Origin: a virus
Lineage: Duplodnaviria; Caudoviricetes
Length of the DNA stretch: 55,905 nt
Reading direction: 5' to 3' (one strand)
IMG/VR virus record: IMGVR_UViG_3300020187_003844
Coordinates: 1-55,905 of that record
A program made the translations under genes and the position numbers. Numbering within the stretch: the first letter of the stretch is position 1; each line of letters begins with the position of its first letter. The notes beneath the pieces are model-generated. The model worked only from the letters and a program-made list of their open reading frames with translations, ran no database searches and had not been told where the DNA came from. Shown here piece after piece: positions 18,830 to 28,158 of this stretch.

Positions 18830-19864
18830 ATGACTCCTGAAAAAATTAAAGATTCGCTTGTTAGGCTTGGTTACAAATTGGCAGACAGAGGAGCTTATTG
18901 GCAGACAAATGCTATGTTCAGAAATGGCGACAATAAAACTGCCATTCAAATATATAAAAACACAGGAGTCTGGAAAGATCATGTGCAGAACAGTTCATTT
19001 TCCCCCTTCAAGCGGTTGGTAGAAATTACCCTTGGAACAAACGACAAAAGCCAAGTCAAAGACTTTATCGAAGAGGATGACCTTGGAGCAAATTACAACA
19101 AATTAACATTCTCAGAAAAATTAGAAATGGAAGAAATATACCCAGAAACCTGCCTGGATAGGTTGTTACCTCATTACAAATTTTATAATGACAAAGGAAT
19201 CTCTACAGAAACCCTTAAATCTTTAAAAGGTGGATATGCAACAACAGGAAAACTGAACAATAGATTTATTTTCCCAATCTACAATGAACACAATCAAATT
19301 CATGGCTTCTCTGGACGCGATATGAGTAGTTTAGATGGTCGACCCAAGTGGAAGCATGTTGGCAAAAAGAAAGGTTGGATTTACCCCCTTTACGCGAACG
19401 CACAGACGGTTGACGCAATCAATGATACTCGCACAATTATATTTGTGGAAAGTATCGGTGACCTACTCAACTTAAATGAACAGGGCTTTAAAAATGTTCT
19501 TGTCACATTTGGACTTGATATATCAACCAAACTAATTTGCGCAACACTATCTTTAAATGTAGATAATCTTGTTATTGGATTGAACAACGATAAAACATCT
19601 TCTCGCAATAGAGGGTTAGAAGCAAGTATAAAAAACTATTTAAAATTATTAAATTATTATAATCCTGAAAAGATCAAAATATGTTTACCCACACAAAAAG
19701 ATTTTGGCGACATGAATGCTGATGACTTTAATGAATGGAAAAACAAACTAGAATCAATTGACGTCAAAAAACAACAAACAATGATTCTTGGAAAGATAAA
19801 TGAAATATACAAAGCATTACCAAAAACTTTATTAAAAAATAAAAAAATCATAATCAATGAGTAA
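18830..19864 (+). CDS. DNA primase (DnaG-like, TOPRIM)
   Basis: RFIFPIYN...GFSGR...PKW, IFVESIGD, GLNND, KDFGD; follows the helicase. Confidence 0.85.
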   Translation: MTPEKIKDSLVRLGYKLADRGAYWQTNAMFRNGDNKTAIQIYKNTGVWKDHVQNSSFSPFKRLVEITLGTNDKSQVKDFIEEDDLGANYNKLTFSEKLEMEEIYPETCLDRLLPHYKFYNDKGISTETLKSLKGGYATTGKLNNRFIFPIYNEHNQIHGFSGRDMSSLDGRPKWKHVGKKKGWIYPLYANAQTVDAINDTRTIIFVESIGDLLNLNEQGFKNVLVTFGLDISTKLICATLSLNVDNLVIGLNNDKTSSRNRGLEASIKNYLKLLNYYNPEKIKICLPTQKDFGDMNADDFNEWKNKLESIDVKKQQTMILGKINEIYKALPKTLLKNKKIIINE

Positions 19865-20933
19865 AATAACAAAATTATCCGCAAGTAGAATAAAAACCGC
19901 GCAAACATGTAGTTGGACTTATTGGTGCAATTATAAATTAAAATTACCTGACGCAGGAAATGATGGATCAAGCCGAGGAACAATCTGCCACAACATATTT
20001 GAATTACTTGGAGATCATCATCGCGACGAGTTTGATCAGATTGTAAAAGAGGGTACAATCTGGAAGTCAGAAGTTGTTGCCGCGCAAGTCAAAAAAGAAG
20101 CAGAAGAGCTTGCGGTAAATGATCCCGAGAATCTTGAACTCATCGACGAAATGATTGTGAATGGATTGAGATGCGATTTCTTTGGTGATGAAAATGAAAA
20201 ACCTGTACTCGCCGAATCGGAACGCTTTTTTGATCTTGAAATTGATCGCCCTGAAGAAGGAATAAAATATGCAGTGCGCGGATACATCGACAAACTATTC
20301 GTATACAAAGACAATTCAGTAATCATTCGAGACTTCAAAAGTAGTAAATCTGTATTCAAAGGAAAAGAAATAACTGACAATCTGCAAAATTTAATATATT
20401 GTCTTGCGATAAAACATCTGATGCCTGAAACTGAACCGCAAAGTGAATTCTTGTTCTTGAGGTTTGATCTGGAAACCGACCTGCTTGGCAAAACAGGAAA
20501 GGGAAGAATGAAGATGGATAAAATTACAAAGGAAGAGCTTGATGGTTTTGAACATCAACTCACACAATTCCAATCGTATCTCGACAACTTTGACGAAGAA
20601 GCGGCGAAAAGCAATCTTGCAGCAAAACAAGACTATCCAAGAGATGGTACATTTGGAGGTCCACTTGCTTGCGGTAAAGATGGATATAAAATGTCTCGCG
20701 GACAACCTGTACTTGATGATAATGGCGAGCCAATCAAGGCATTCATTTGTCCTTTTAGAAAACCTAGAGACTATTGGGCCCTAAAAGATGCCGACGGAAA
20801 CGTTAAGAAAACAGCCTTTCCAGAAAATAAGCACGAACTTGAGCTTGAAGATGGTGACGAAATTGTTAGTATGAAATATGACGGTTGTCCACATTGGCAA
20901 AAGAAGCAAGTTCTAGATGATTTCCTCGACTAA
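19857..20933 (+). CDS. PD-(D/E)XK exonuclease (RecB/AddB/Cas4-like)
   Basis: LSASRIKT..C, RGTICH, RGYIDKL...IRDFKSS, QNLIY, C-terminal Cys residues. Confidence 0.8.
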   Translation: MSKITKLSASRIKTAQTCSWTYWCNYKLKLPDAGNDGSSRGTICHNIFELLGDHHRDEFDQIVKEGTIWKSEVVAAQVKKEAEELAVNDPENLELIDEMIVNGLRCDFFGDENEKPVLAESERFFDLEIDRPEEGIKYAVRGYIDKLFVYKDNSVIIRDFKSSKSVFKGKEITDNLQNLIYCLAIKHLMPETEPQSEFLFLRFDLETDLLGKTGKGRMKMDKITKEELDGFEHQLTQFQSYLDNFDEEAAKSNLAAKQDYPRDGTFGGPLACGKDGYKMSRGQPVLDDNGEPIKAFICPFRKPRDYWALKDADGNVKKTAFPENKHELELEDGDEIVSMKYDGCPHWQKKQVLDDFLD

Positions 20934-21327
20934 AGAATATATCGCGGCAGGAATTGTCGCACAGTTTGGAGATCTTGTATTGCTTGGCCGTCGCAGTAGA
21001 AATTGCCACAGCTTTTCAGGCCACTGGTCAATGCCTTGTGGCATGATTGATTCTGGAGAGCATCCTGAATATGCAGCAAGAAGAGAATTTTTTGAAGAGA
21101 CTGGTGTTCGCGCAAATAAAGAAATAAAGTTTCTCGACGACTTTGAGGTAAAAGACGACAAATATTTTGCATTATATTCTATGAAAATCGAAGACTTAAT
21201 CTTTCCAAGTAATGATGCCATTGATGCAATTGAGCACGACGAATGGGGCTTTTTTAAAATAGCGAAAAACTCCCTACCTTTGCCAATGACAAAAGAAACA
21301 AGAAATGCAATATTAAAGCTCAAATGA
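20917..21327 (+). CDS. NUDIX hydrolase
   Basis: Nudix box GMIDSGEHPEYAARREFFEETGV. Confidence 0.9.
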   Translation: MISSTKEYIAAGIVAQFGDLVLLGRRSRNCHSFSGHWSMPCGMIDSGEHPEYAARREFFEETGVRANKEIKFLDDFEVKDDKYFALYSMKIEDLIFPSNDAIDAIEHDEWGFFKIAKNSLPLPMTKETRNAILKLK

Positions 21328-22070
21328 ATCTTGCGTTACTAACATCTTATTTCTCAAAAAAAGTTCATCCAAACGACCCGAAGGATAATGCTGTTGTTGG
21401 TCGCAATGCAGACGGCCGCGTATCAAACAATGAAATCAATTACATCAAACCATGGTATGATTCAGTCAACAATCTACAATTAAATGGCTTTGTATTTCAT
21501 GACAATTTATCAGAAGAATTTGTACAGCAATATACAACCAACAAAATAAAATTTATCAAAGTCGGTGATTTTGAATATAGTAACAATGATTATAGATTCT
21601 TTTGCTTTAGAGACTTTTTACAAGAAAATAAATTTGATGTTGTTTTTCACAATGATGCATCAGATGTAACAGTTGTAAAAGATCCAATAAAATTAATTAA
21701 ACAAAATCCTAACGTAGATTATTTTGCATGTAAAGACAGCATCAAGCTCAACCAATTTCCATACCTCAAAGCGCATCAAGAATTTAACTTTGAAGATTTG
21801 GTTTTATTTATGATCAACTATGACTCTTGGGATTTGATAAACATGGGTGTGGTCGGCGGCACATACAATAACATGCTTAAGTTTTATGATAAGTTTTGCA
21901 ATATACGAGAGTCTATGAAAAACCCTCAATTTAATGCCGACATGTGGATACTTCAATATCTTCTTCGATCACAGCTTCAACCTTGCGAATTTATTATGGG
22001 CGACCCAGTTTGCAGCGAATTCAAAAAATACCAAAACGAAAGAAAAGATGTCTACTTTCTCCACAAATAA
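21324..22070 (+). CDS. Putative glycosyltransferase-like protein
   Basis: VFHNDASDV (DxxD), LINMGVVGG, ADMWIL; first gene of the glycan island. Confidence 0.5.
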   Translation: MNLALLTSYFSKKVHPNDPKDNAVVGRNADGRVSNNEINYIKPWYDSVNNLQLNGFVFHDNLSEEFVQQYTTNKIKFIKVGDFEYSNNDYRFFCFRDFLQENKFDVVFHNDASDVTVVKDPIKLIKQNPNVDYFACKDSIKLNQFPYLKAHQEFNFEDLVLFMINYDSWDLINMGVVGGTYNNMLKFYDKFCNIRESMKNPQFNADMWILQYLLRSQLQPCEFIMGDPVCSEFKKYQNERKDVYFLHK

Positions 22071-22776
22071 AATTACAGTTTATTGCTCGACATACAATTC
22101 AATACAATGGATTGATGGATATCTAGAAAATATCAACTCTCAAATTTGTGAACCATTTGATTTGATCTTTGTTGACGCAGGTTCAACAGACGGATCGTTT
22201 GAAAAAATTAAACAATTTACTTTTCGAAATAACATATCATTATCTATTTTCGAGCCCGGATTTTTGTCGGTTTATGGTGCATGGAATTATGCGGTAGATA
22301 AATCCAAAACGCCTTATGTAATGAATTTCAATACAGATGATCGATTGGATTTTTATGCGCTATCAACGTACCATGAATATATAAATAAATTTCCAGAAGT
22401 TGATTTGTTTTATGGAACTCATAATTTTGTATCTCAAATTGGTGGCGCAAATCTACCAATTGGAAATTATTGGAAAAATTTGATCGATAAATTAACCTCC
22501 CAATCCGAAGAAAAACTGATGTTTACGATTAATCCCTGCGGCCCCTTTCCTCTTGTCAAAAGATTGTCTCTAATTGAAGCTGGAAAATTTGACGAGAAAT
22601 ATTTCTCATCTGCAGATTATGACACTTGGCTCAGAATGTTCTCCATGGGTATGAAATTAAAACGAATAAACAAATACATGGGAGACTTCCTGTATAGACC
22701 CGATTCAGTTTCTCAAGCAAAATTGCGCGAATCCGAAAAACACGATCGCGAAATTCAGGCAAAATATCAAAAATGA
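22048..22776 (+). CDS. Glycosyltransferase family 2
   Basis: STYNS, FVDAGSTDGS, AWNYAV, NTDD, GKFDEKY..ADYDTWLR; start moved to ATG 22048. Confidence 0.85.
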   Translation: MSTFSTNKITVYCSTYNSIQWIDGYLENINSQICEPFDLIFVDAGSTDGSFEKIKQFTFRNNISLSIFEPGFLSVYGAWNYAVDKSKTPYVMNFNTDDRLDFYALSTYHEYINKFPEVDLFYGTHNFVSQIGGANLPIGNYWKNLIDKLTSQSEEKLMFTINPCGPFPLVKRLSLIEAGKFDEKYFSSADYDTWLRMFSMGMKLKRINKYMGDFLYRPDSVSQAKLRESEKHDREIQAKYQK

Positions 22777-23432
22777 AAAAAGTAGTATCCTTTTCACTTT
22801 GGGGAGATTGTAAGCACTATACATTTGGAGCTATCGAAAACGCCAAAACTATTGGCAGAGAACTTTACTCAGGCTGGGAAAGCTGGTTTTATACACACCC
22901 ATCAGTCAGCCAAGATATTCAAGAAAAAATAAAAAATGCCGGCGGAAAAATTATTCGAACAAATGAAAACGCAGATTTTTCTATGTCTTTCGCGCGATTT
23001 AAGCCTATGATATGCAATGATGTATCTATTTTCGTTAGTCGTGATTGTGACTCAAGAGTTTCAGATAAAGAATATCAAGCCGTAATCCAATGGGAAAAAA
23101 GCGACACGCAATTTCACTGCATGAGAGACCACCAATTCCATAATGATTGGCCAGTTATGGCTGGCATGTGGGGTTGCAAGCGCTTAGATTACGCCGATTT
23201 AAATATAATATACGATGACTTGATTAGCTTTTGTAGAGGCGATGAATATCATAATGATCAATACGGACTAAAAAACATACACTCCAAGATTTCTTTTTTA
23301 TTTTTAGAACACGATGACTTCAAGAGGGGCTCGGGAATAAAATTCCCTCAGCACAAACCCTTTAAATATGGCTCTTTTATAGGAGAGCGCATAACTGCAG
23401 ATAATCAAGTGGGACCCATAGAAAGATGGTAG
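22773..23432 (+). CDS. Conserved GT-A-like protein of unknown specificity
   Basis: KKVVSFSLWG, ARF, SRDCDSR, FHCMRDH..H, MAGMWG, DQ motifs, a family I recall from glycan loci. Confidence 0.55.
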   Translation: MKKVVSFSLWGDCKHYTFGAIENAKTIGRELYSGWESWFYTHPSVSQDIQEKIKNAGGKIIRTNENADFSMSFARFKPMICNDVSIFVSRDCDSRVSDKEYQAVIQWEKSDTQFHCMRDHQFHNDWPVMAGMWGCKRLDYADLNIIYDDLISFCRGDEYHNDQYGLKNIHSKISFLFLEHDDFKRGSGIKFPQHKPFKYGSFIGERITADNQVGPIERW

Positions 23433-24001
23433 ACAAAAAAATATATATAGAAGTCGGCGCGCATGACGGTATTTTTCAGTCAAGATCATTACAATTCGCT
23501 GATAATAAAAATTATCACGGTATATTAATCGAAGCAAACCCACAAGAGTATCAGAATTGCTTAAAGAATCGTAATAATGAAAGAACTTATATATACAACA
23601 AGTGCTTAGTACCTTTTGGATTTAAAGGTGAGAATGTATTATTTAATATAAGCAATAATCATTCTGCAATGAACTCTGTAATATCTCACAAAATTGGAAG
23701 GTATAAGAATCAAATCAAAGTTCCAGCAACCCCCCTACAGTCTATACTTGATAAACTCAATGTCTCAAGTGTTGATTATTTTTTTCTTGATGTTGAAGGA
23801 TATGAAAACCAAGTATTAAGTGGTATAAATTTTTCTAAAACAAAATTCTCAAACATAGAAATAGAGCTTCACTATAAAATGCTAGAAATATCAATTGAAC
23901 AAGAAATAGATATGCATGTAAAATTTTTATCTCAATTTGGATATCAATTGACAAACAAGAACAATGAAGTTCAACCAAAAATTATATTCAACCCAAAATG
24001 A
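23426..24001 (+). CDS. FkbM-family SAM-dependent methyltransferase
   Basis: IEVGAHDG, LIEANP, FFLDVEGYENQVLSG, IEIE. Confidence 0.85.
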   Translation: MVDKKIYIEVGAHDGIFQSRSLQFADNKNYHGILIEANPQEYQNCLKNRNNERTYIYNKCLVPFGFKGENVLFNISNNHSAMNSVISHKIGRYKNQIKVPATPLQSILDKLNVSSVDYFFLDVEGYENQVLSGINFSKTKFSNIEIELHYKMLEISIEQEIDMHVKFLSQFGYQLTNKNNEVQPKIIFNPK

Positions 24002-24690
24002 ATAAAACTGTCATTTTATCTACAAATGATAAACAAGAATATATATCTTATTTACCATATGTTCAAAAAGCTTGGAACAACTTGAGCTGGAGGACTCTCA
24101 CTTTTCATCTCGGCAACAAAAGCCTGGAATCAAATTCTATAAATAAAATTATTAAACTTGACCCGATCGATGGATATCGAGACGAGACCGTCGTTCAGGT
24201 TTCTAGGTTGTTTGGAGCGCAACACGCAAGCGGCTTGGTTATGACTTCGGATGTAGACATGATGCCTTTGTCGAATTACTGGAAACCAAGCGACAATGAA
24301 TGGACTGTATACGGAGAAGATTTAACAAACTATAAACACTATCCAATATGCTACATTTCTGCGCCAGATTATTTATGGAATCAACTGATTACAGAAACAT
24401 CAATTAAAGAATTACTAAATAAATACAAACAATCAAAATCAGACTCTTTTGACAAATGGTGGTACGTTGATCAAGACATAATCACCGAAAGATTAAGACC
24501 TCTAAAACCAAAAACAATCAACAGGGGAAACAGTTTTCAAGGTATTGCAAAAGGTAGAATTGACAGAACAGCCTGGCATCAAACCAAACAAATTCAAGAA
24601 ACGAAAATTGATGCGCACATGCCTCGCCCATTTAATAAACTCGAGACAGAGAAAATTATAGAAAAACACTTCAAAGCGCAAGTTAATTGA
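23998..24690 (+). CDS. Putative glycosyltransferase (DxD)
   Basis: QVSRL, MTSDVDMMPL, YPICY, WYVDQ, IDAHMPRP. Confidence 0.5.
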   Translation: MNKTVILSTNDKQEYISYLPYVQKAWNNLSWRTLTFHLGNKSLESNSINKIIKLDPIDGYRDETVVQVSRLFGAQHASGLVMTSDVDMMPLSNYWKPSDNEWTVYGEDLTNYKHYPICYISAPDYLWNQLITETSIKELLNKYKQSKSDSFDKWWYVDQDIITERLRPLKPKTINRGNSFQGIAKGRIDRTAWHQTKQIQETKIDAHMPRPFNKLETEKIIEKHFKAQVN

Positions 24691-25337
24691 AAAAATCTTT
24701 AAAATATCTAATTATTGGACATCCCAGATGTGGCAGCGGATTTGCAGCTCATCTTTTTTCAAAACTAGGAATACCGGCATCTCACGAAATAGAACCAATA
24801 AATAAAAGTGCATTATCAAGCTGGGCATTCAATATTGAGCACGAACCCAATGATTTAATTGAACCTAGATACGGAATTGATGGCTGGGAATGGCGCGTAA
24901 AATATTCTTTCCAGCACACAATAACACATCTTCGTAATCCATTTGATGCGCTACCATCAATCATTAATGAAAATGAATGCGGTTGGTCGCTTGATATACG
25001 AAATAAGTATATTAAAAAAATAACACATAAAATCGTTTCGGGAAGCCCAGTAGAGAGAGCAATATTATGTTATTTATATTGGAATAAAATCGCCATAGAT
25101 AAATCAGAAATCTACTTTAAAATAGAATCTAAAAAAGATCTAGAAAAAGTACAAGCTTATCTTTCATCTAAAGACGAAGACCTTGAGTCGATTGATTTTA
25201 CATCTCTAAAAAAAGTCAACTCAAAACCTCTTCATAAAAAACAAATCGAAAAAGATCAATATAAATTTGTTAGCCCCGAAATCAAAAGCGAGCTATTCGA
25301 CTTTTGCACACAATATGGCTACGAATATATTTTATGA
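24687..25337 (+). CDS. Sulfotransferase-like protein
   Basis: PAPS-binding-like IIGHPRCGSG, HE, LRNPFDALPS, terminal YGY; TTG start overlapping the upstream stop. Confidence 0.65.
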   Translation: MKKSLKYLIIGHPRCGSGFAAHLFSKLGIPASHEIEPINKSALSSWAFNIEHEPNDLIEPRYGIDGWEWRVKYSFQHTITHLRNPFDALPSIINENECGWSLDIRNKYIKKITHKIVSGSPVERAILCYLYWNKIAIDKSEIYFKIESKKDLEKVQAYLSSKDEDLESIDFTSLKKVNSKPLHKKQIEKDQYKFVSPEIKSELFDFCTQYGYEYIL

Positions 25338-26149
25338 ATCAAGCAACAAAATGCTCGTATCCATACCTCACCGGCATGGGTTTGAGAAATAGATGTCATT
25401 TGATATACGATGAATTTCAAAAAGACCCTGCAAATAAAATAACACAGCACAATCAAGTTGCCTTTGTTAAAACAGATTTAATTTATGATTTTTTTATCAA
25501 TATTGCAAAAGATATTTGTTTTAAATTTAAGTTAATTACTCATAATAGCGACCTTTCAATAAATGAAAATCATATAACATTACTTAATTATTCAAACTTG
25601 ACAAAATGGTATGCTCAAAATATCGACATATGTCACCCAAAATTAATTTCTATCCCAATTGGAATTGCAAACGCAAGATGGGATCATGGAAATATATCTG
25701 TTTTTAAAAAAGTTGAATCGTTGCATACTAAAAAAACAAATTTACTTTATTGCAATTTCGACAGCTCAACAAATCAATATAGCAGATCTCAACTTTATAA
25801 TCAATTTATGAATCAAGATTTCGCACGCTTTTCACAACGAAAAATATTCAAGGAATATCTAATTGACTTAAAATCTAGCCATTATGTTTTATCTCCAAAT
25901 GGAAATGGAATAGATTGTCATAGACTTTGGGAAACTTTATTGATGGGATCAATTCCTGTTGTAGAAAATTCAATAAACATTTCTTTTTATAAACATTTAC
26001 CAATTTTAATTGTGGGCGACTGGCAACAGGTGAACGAGCGATTTTTGCGGGAAAAACTTGATCAATTTCAAAACACAACGTCGCAAGAATGTTATCTTGA
26101 TTATTGGATTAAAAAAATAGGATTAAAAAATATAAAAAACACAGTGTAA
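25334..26149 (+). CDS. Exostosin/GT47-like glycosyltransferase
   Basis: LITHNSD, WYAQN, SIPIGI, LLYCNF, YVLSPNGNGIDCHRLWETLLMGSIPVV; start moved to ATG 25334 (ATGA coupling). Confidence 0.7.
   Translation: MNQATKCSYPYLTGMGLRNRCHLIYDEFQKDPANKITQHNQVAFVKTDLIYDFFINIAKDICFKFKLITHNSDLSINENHITLLNYSNLTKWYAQNIDICHPKLISIPIGIANARWDHGNISVFKKVESLHTKKTNLLYCNFDSSTNQYSRSQLYNQFMNQDFARFSQRKIFKEYLIDLKSSHYVLSPNGNGIDCHRLWETLLMGSIPVVENSINISFYKHLPILIVGDWQQVNERFLREKLDQFQNTTSQECYLDYWIKKIGLKNIKNTV
26144..26148 (+). promoter_or_regulatory. GTGTA putative phage promoter element (gmd-fcl)
   Basis: 16 nt upstream of the gmd ATG; overlaps the upstream stop codon. Confidence 0.5.
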
Positions 26150-26164
26150 TTCTATAATCTAACA

Positions 26165-27196
26165 ATGAAAAAAATAATAGTAACAGGCGTCACTGGCCAA
26201 GACGGAAGTCACATGGTCGATTATCTATTAAAGAATACGAATCATGAAATTTATGGTTCGGTAAGAAGATTGAGTGTTAAAAATCACGAGAATATTTTGC
26301 ACCTAGAAAATGAGCCGCGATTTCACTTGATTGACATGGATTTAAATGATGCGCACAGTATGCGCGACGTGATACTTGATATAAAGCCCGACTACTTTAT
26401 CAATTTTGCCGCGCAATCATTTGTTGCAGGTAGTTGGAATTATCCGATTCAAACATGGGATACAGATGCAGATGCAGTGCTTCATATTCTTGAATCAATA
26501 CGTAGATTTGTTCCTGATTGTAAATTTTATAATGCTGGATCAAGCGAAGAGTTTGGTGACGTCGTAACAAACCCTCAAAACGAAGATCACCCCCTGCGAC
26601 CACAAAGCCCTTATGGCGCAGCAAAATGCGCAGCTAGGCACCTTGTGCGCGTCTACAGAGAGTCTTATAACCTCTACGCTGTTCAAGGTTGGCTGTTTAA
26701 TCATGAAGGAAGTCGTCGCGGCCTTGATTTTGTGACTCGTAAAATTTCTCACACAGTAGCAAGAATAAAAATTGCTCTAGAATCAAACAAAACAATCCCC
26801 ATTTTGAAACTCGGAAACATCGAAGCTCAACGCGACTGGAGCGACGCAGAAGACTTTATGGAAGGTGTTTGGTTGATGCTCAATCAAAAGGCTCCAAAAA
26901 ATTATGTATTGGGTAGTGGTGAGATGCACACAGTACGTGAATTTCTTGAAGAAGCTCTAAAATGCGCAGGTATCGAATTTGAATCGCGAGGCGCAGAAGC
27001 TGATGAAAAATATTATACTAAAGATGGTATATTAATTTTTGAGGTTGATCCAAAATTTTATCGACCCGCAGAAGTGCACGAATTGTGCGGCGACCCATCT
27101 CTTGCTGAAAGCGAAATGGGTTGGGAGCGCAAAACAGATTTTCGTGGATTGGTAAAGAAAATGTATCAAAGCGATTATGCTCTATTGACTCAATGA
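26165..27196 (+). CDS. gmd: GDP-mannose 4,6-dehydratase
   Basis: TGVTGQDGS, AAQSFV, SSEEFG, PQSPYGAAK, LFNHE, FVTRKI, LGNIEAQRDW, YRPAEV. Confidence 0.95.
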   Translation: MKKIIVTGVTGQDGSHMVDYLLKNTNHEIYGSVRRLSVKNHENILHLENEPRFHLIDMDLNDAHSMRDVILDIKPDYFINFAAQSFVAGSWNYPIQTWDTDADAVLHILESIRRFVPDCKFYNAGSSEEFGDVVTNPQNEDHPLRPQSPYGAAKCAARHLVRVYRESYNLYAVQGWLFNHEGSRRGLDFVTRKISHTVARIKIALESNKTIPILKLGNIEAQRDWSDAEDFMEGVWLMLNQKAPKNYVLGSGEMHTVREFLEEALKCAGIEFESRGAEADEKYYTKDGILIFEVDPKFYRPAEVHELCGDPSLAESEMGWERKTDFRGLVKKMYQSDYALLTQ

Positions 27197-28149
27197 AGCG
27201 CAAATCAATCTTTCTAGCGGGACACGGTGGAATGGTTGGATCTGCAGTTCTCAATCATTTACAAAGCAATGGTTACGAAAATGTAATCACACGAACTCGC
27301 GGCGAACTAGATTTAATCAATCAAGCACAAGTTGATAGTTTTTTTGCAAAAGAGCGTCCAGACGCAGTAATCATTTGTGCAGCAAAAGTCGGCGGCATCC
27401 TCGCAAACAATACACTTCGCGCAGACTTTATTTATCAAAATCTACAAATAGCAAGTAACCTGATACATGCCTCAAGCAAATACAATGTTCAAAAACTAAT
27501 CAATCTTGGTAGTTCATGTATATATCCTCGAGATGCAAAAATACCTATTGTAGAAGAAAGTCTTTTAACAGATGTACTAGAAAAAACAAACGAACCATAT
27601 GCTATTGCCAAAATAGCAGCAATCAAATTGTGTGAAAGTTATTATCAGCAACACAACAATAATTTTTATTCGATTATGCCGTGCAATATGTATGGCCCGC
27701 GAGATAATTTTGATTTGCAAAGCTCGCATGTTTTACCTGCTCTCATAAGAAAAGTGCATCAAGCAAAAGAAAGTGGCGCCGAAAATGTAGAAGTTTGGGG
27801 AAGCGGCAAGCCGTTGCGCGAATTTTTATATGTTGATGATTTGGCGCAAGCAATAACATATTGTCTTGAAAGTGTTGACGCACAAGACATATACAACAAA
27901 GGCATTTCGCACATCAATTGTGGATCCGAAGATGAAGTATCTATTCTTGAATTGACGCATCTGATACAAAAAGTTGTTGGTTATCAAGGAGACATTGTGT
28001 TCGACTCGAGCAAACCCGATGGCACATATCGCAAAAAAATGGACAACACTCAATTATCCAACATTGGATTCACACCCAAAACCTCTCTAGAGCAAGGATT
28101 ACAAAAAACATACTCTTGGTATCTAGAAAATAAACAAAAATTTGTGTAA
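27193..28149 (+). CDS. fcl: GDP-L-fucose synthase
   Basis: AGHGGMVGSA, AAKVGGILAN, LGSSCIYP, TNEPYAIAK, SHVLPALIRK, WGSGKPLREFLYVDD, KPDG; start moved to ATG 27193. Confidence 0.95.
   Translation: MKRKSIFLAGHGGMVGSAVLNHLQSNGYENVITRTRGELDLINQAQVDSFFAKERPDAVIICAAKVGGILANNTLRADFIYQNLQIASNLIHASSKYNVQKLINLGSSCIYPRDAKIPIVEESLLTDVLEKTNEPYAIAKIAAIKLCESYYQQHNNNFYSIMPCNMYGPRDNFDLQSSHVLPALIRKVHQAKESGAENVEVWGSGKPLREFLYVDDLAQAITYCLESVDAQDIYNKGISHINCGSEDEVSILELTHLIQKVVGYQGDIVFDSSKPDGTYRKKMDNTQLSNIGFTPKTSLEQGLQKTYSWYLENKQKFV
28144..28148 (+). promoter_or_regulatory. GTGTA putative phage promoter element
   Basis: 10 nt upstream of ATG 28159. Confidence 0.6.
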
Positions 28150-28158
28150 ATAATATTT

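Noticed and set aside
19857-20933. Cas4-like nuclease suggesting a CRISPR-Cas system
   Set aside because: No repeat-spacer array or other cas genes in the window; its position after helicase and primase fits a recombination exonuclease.
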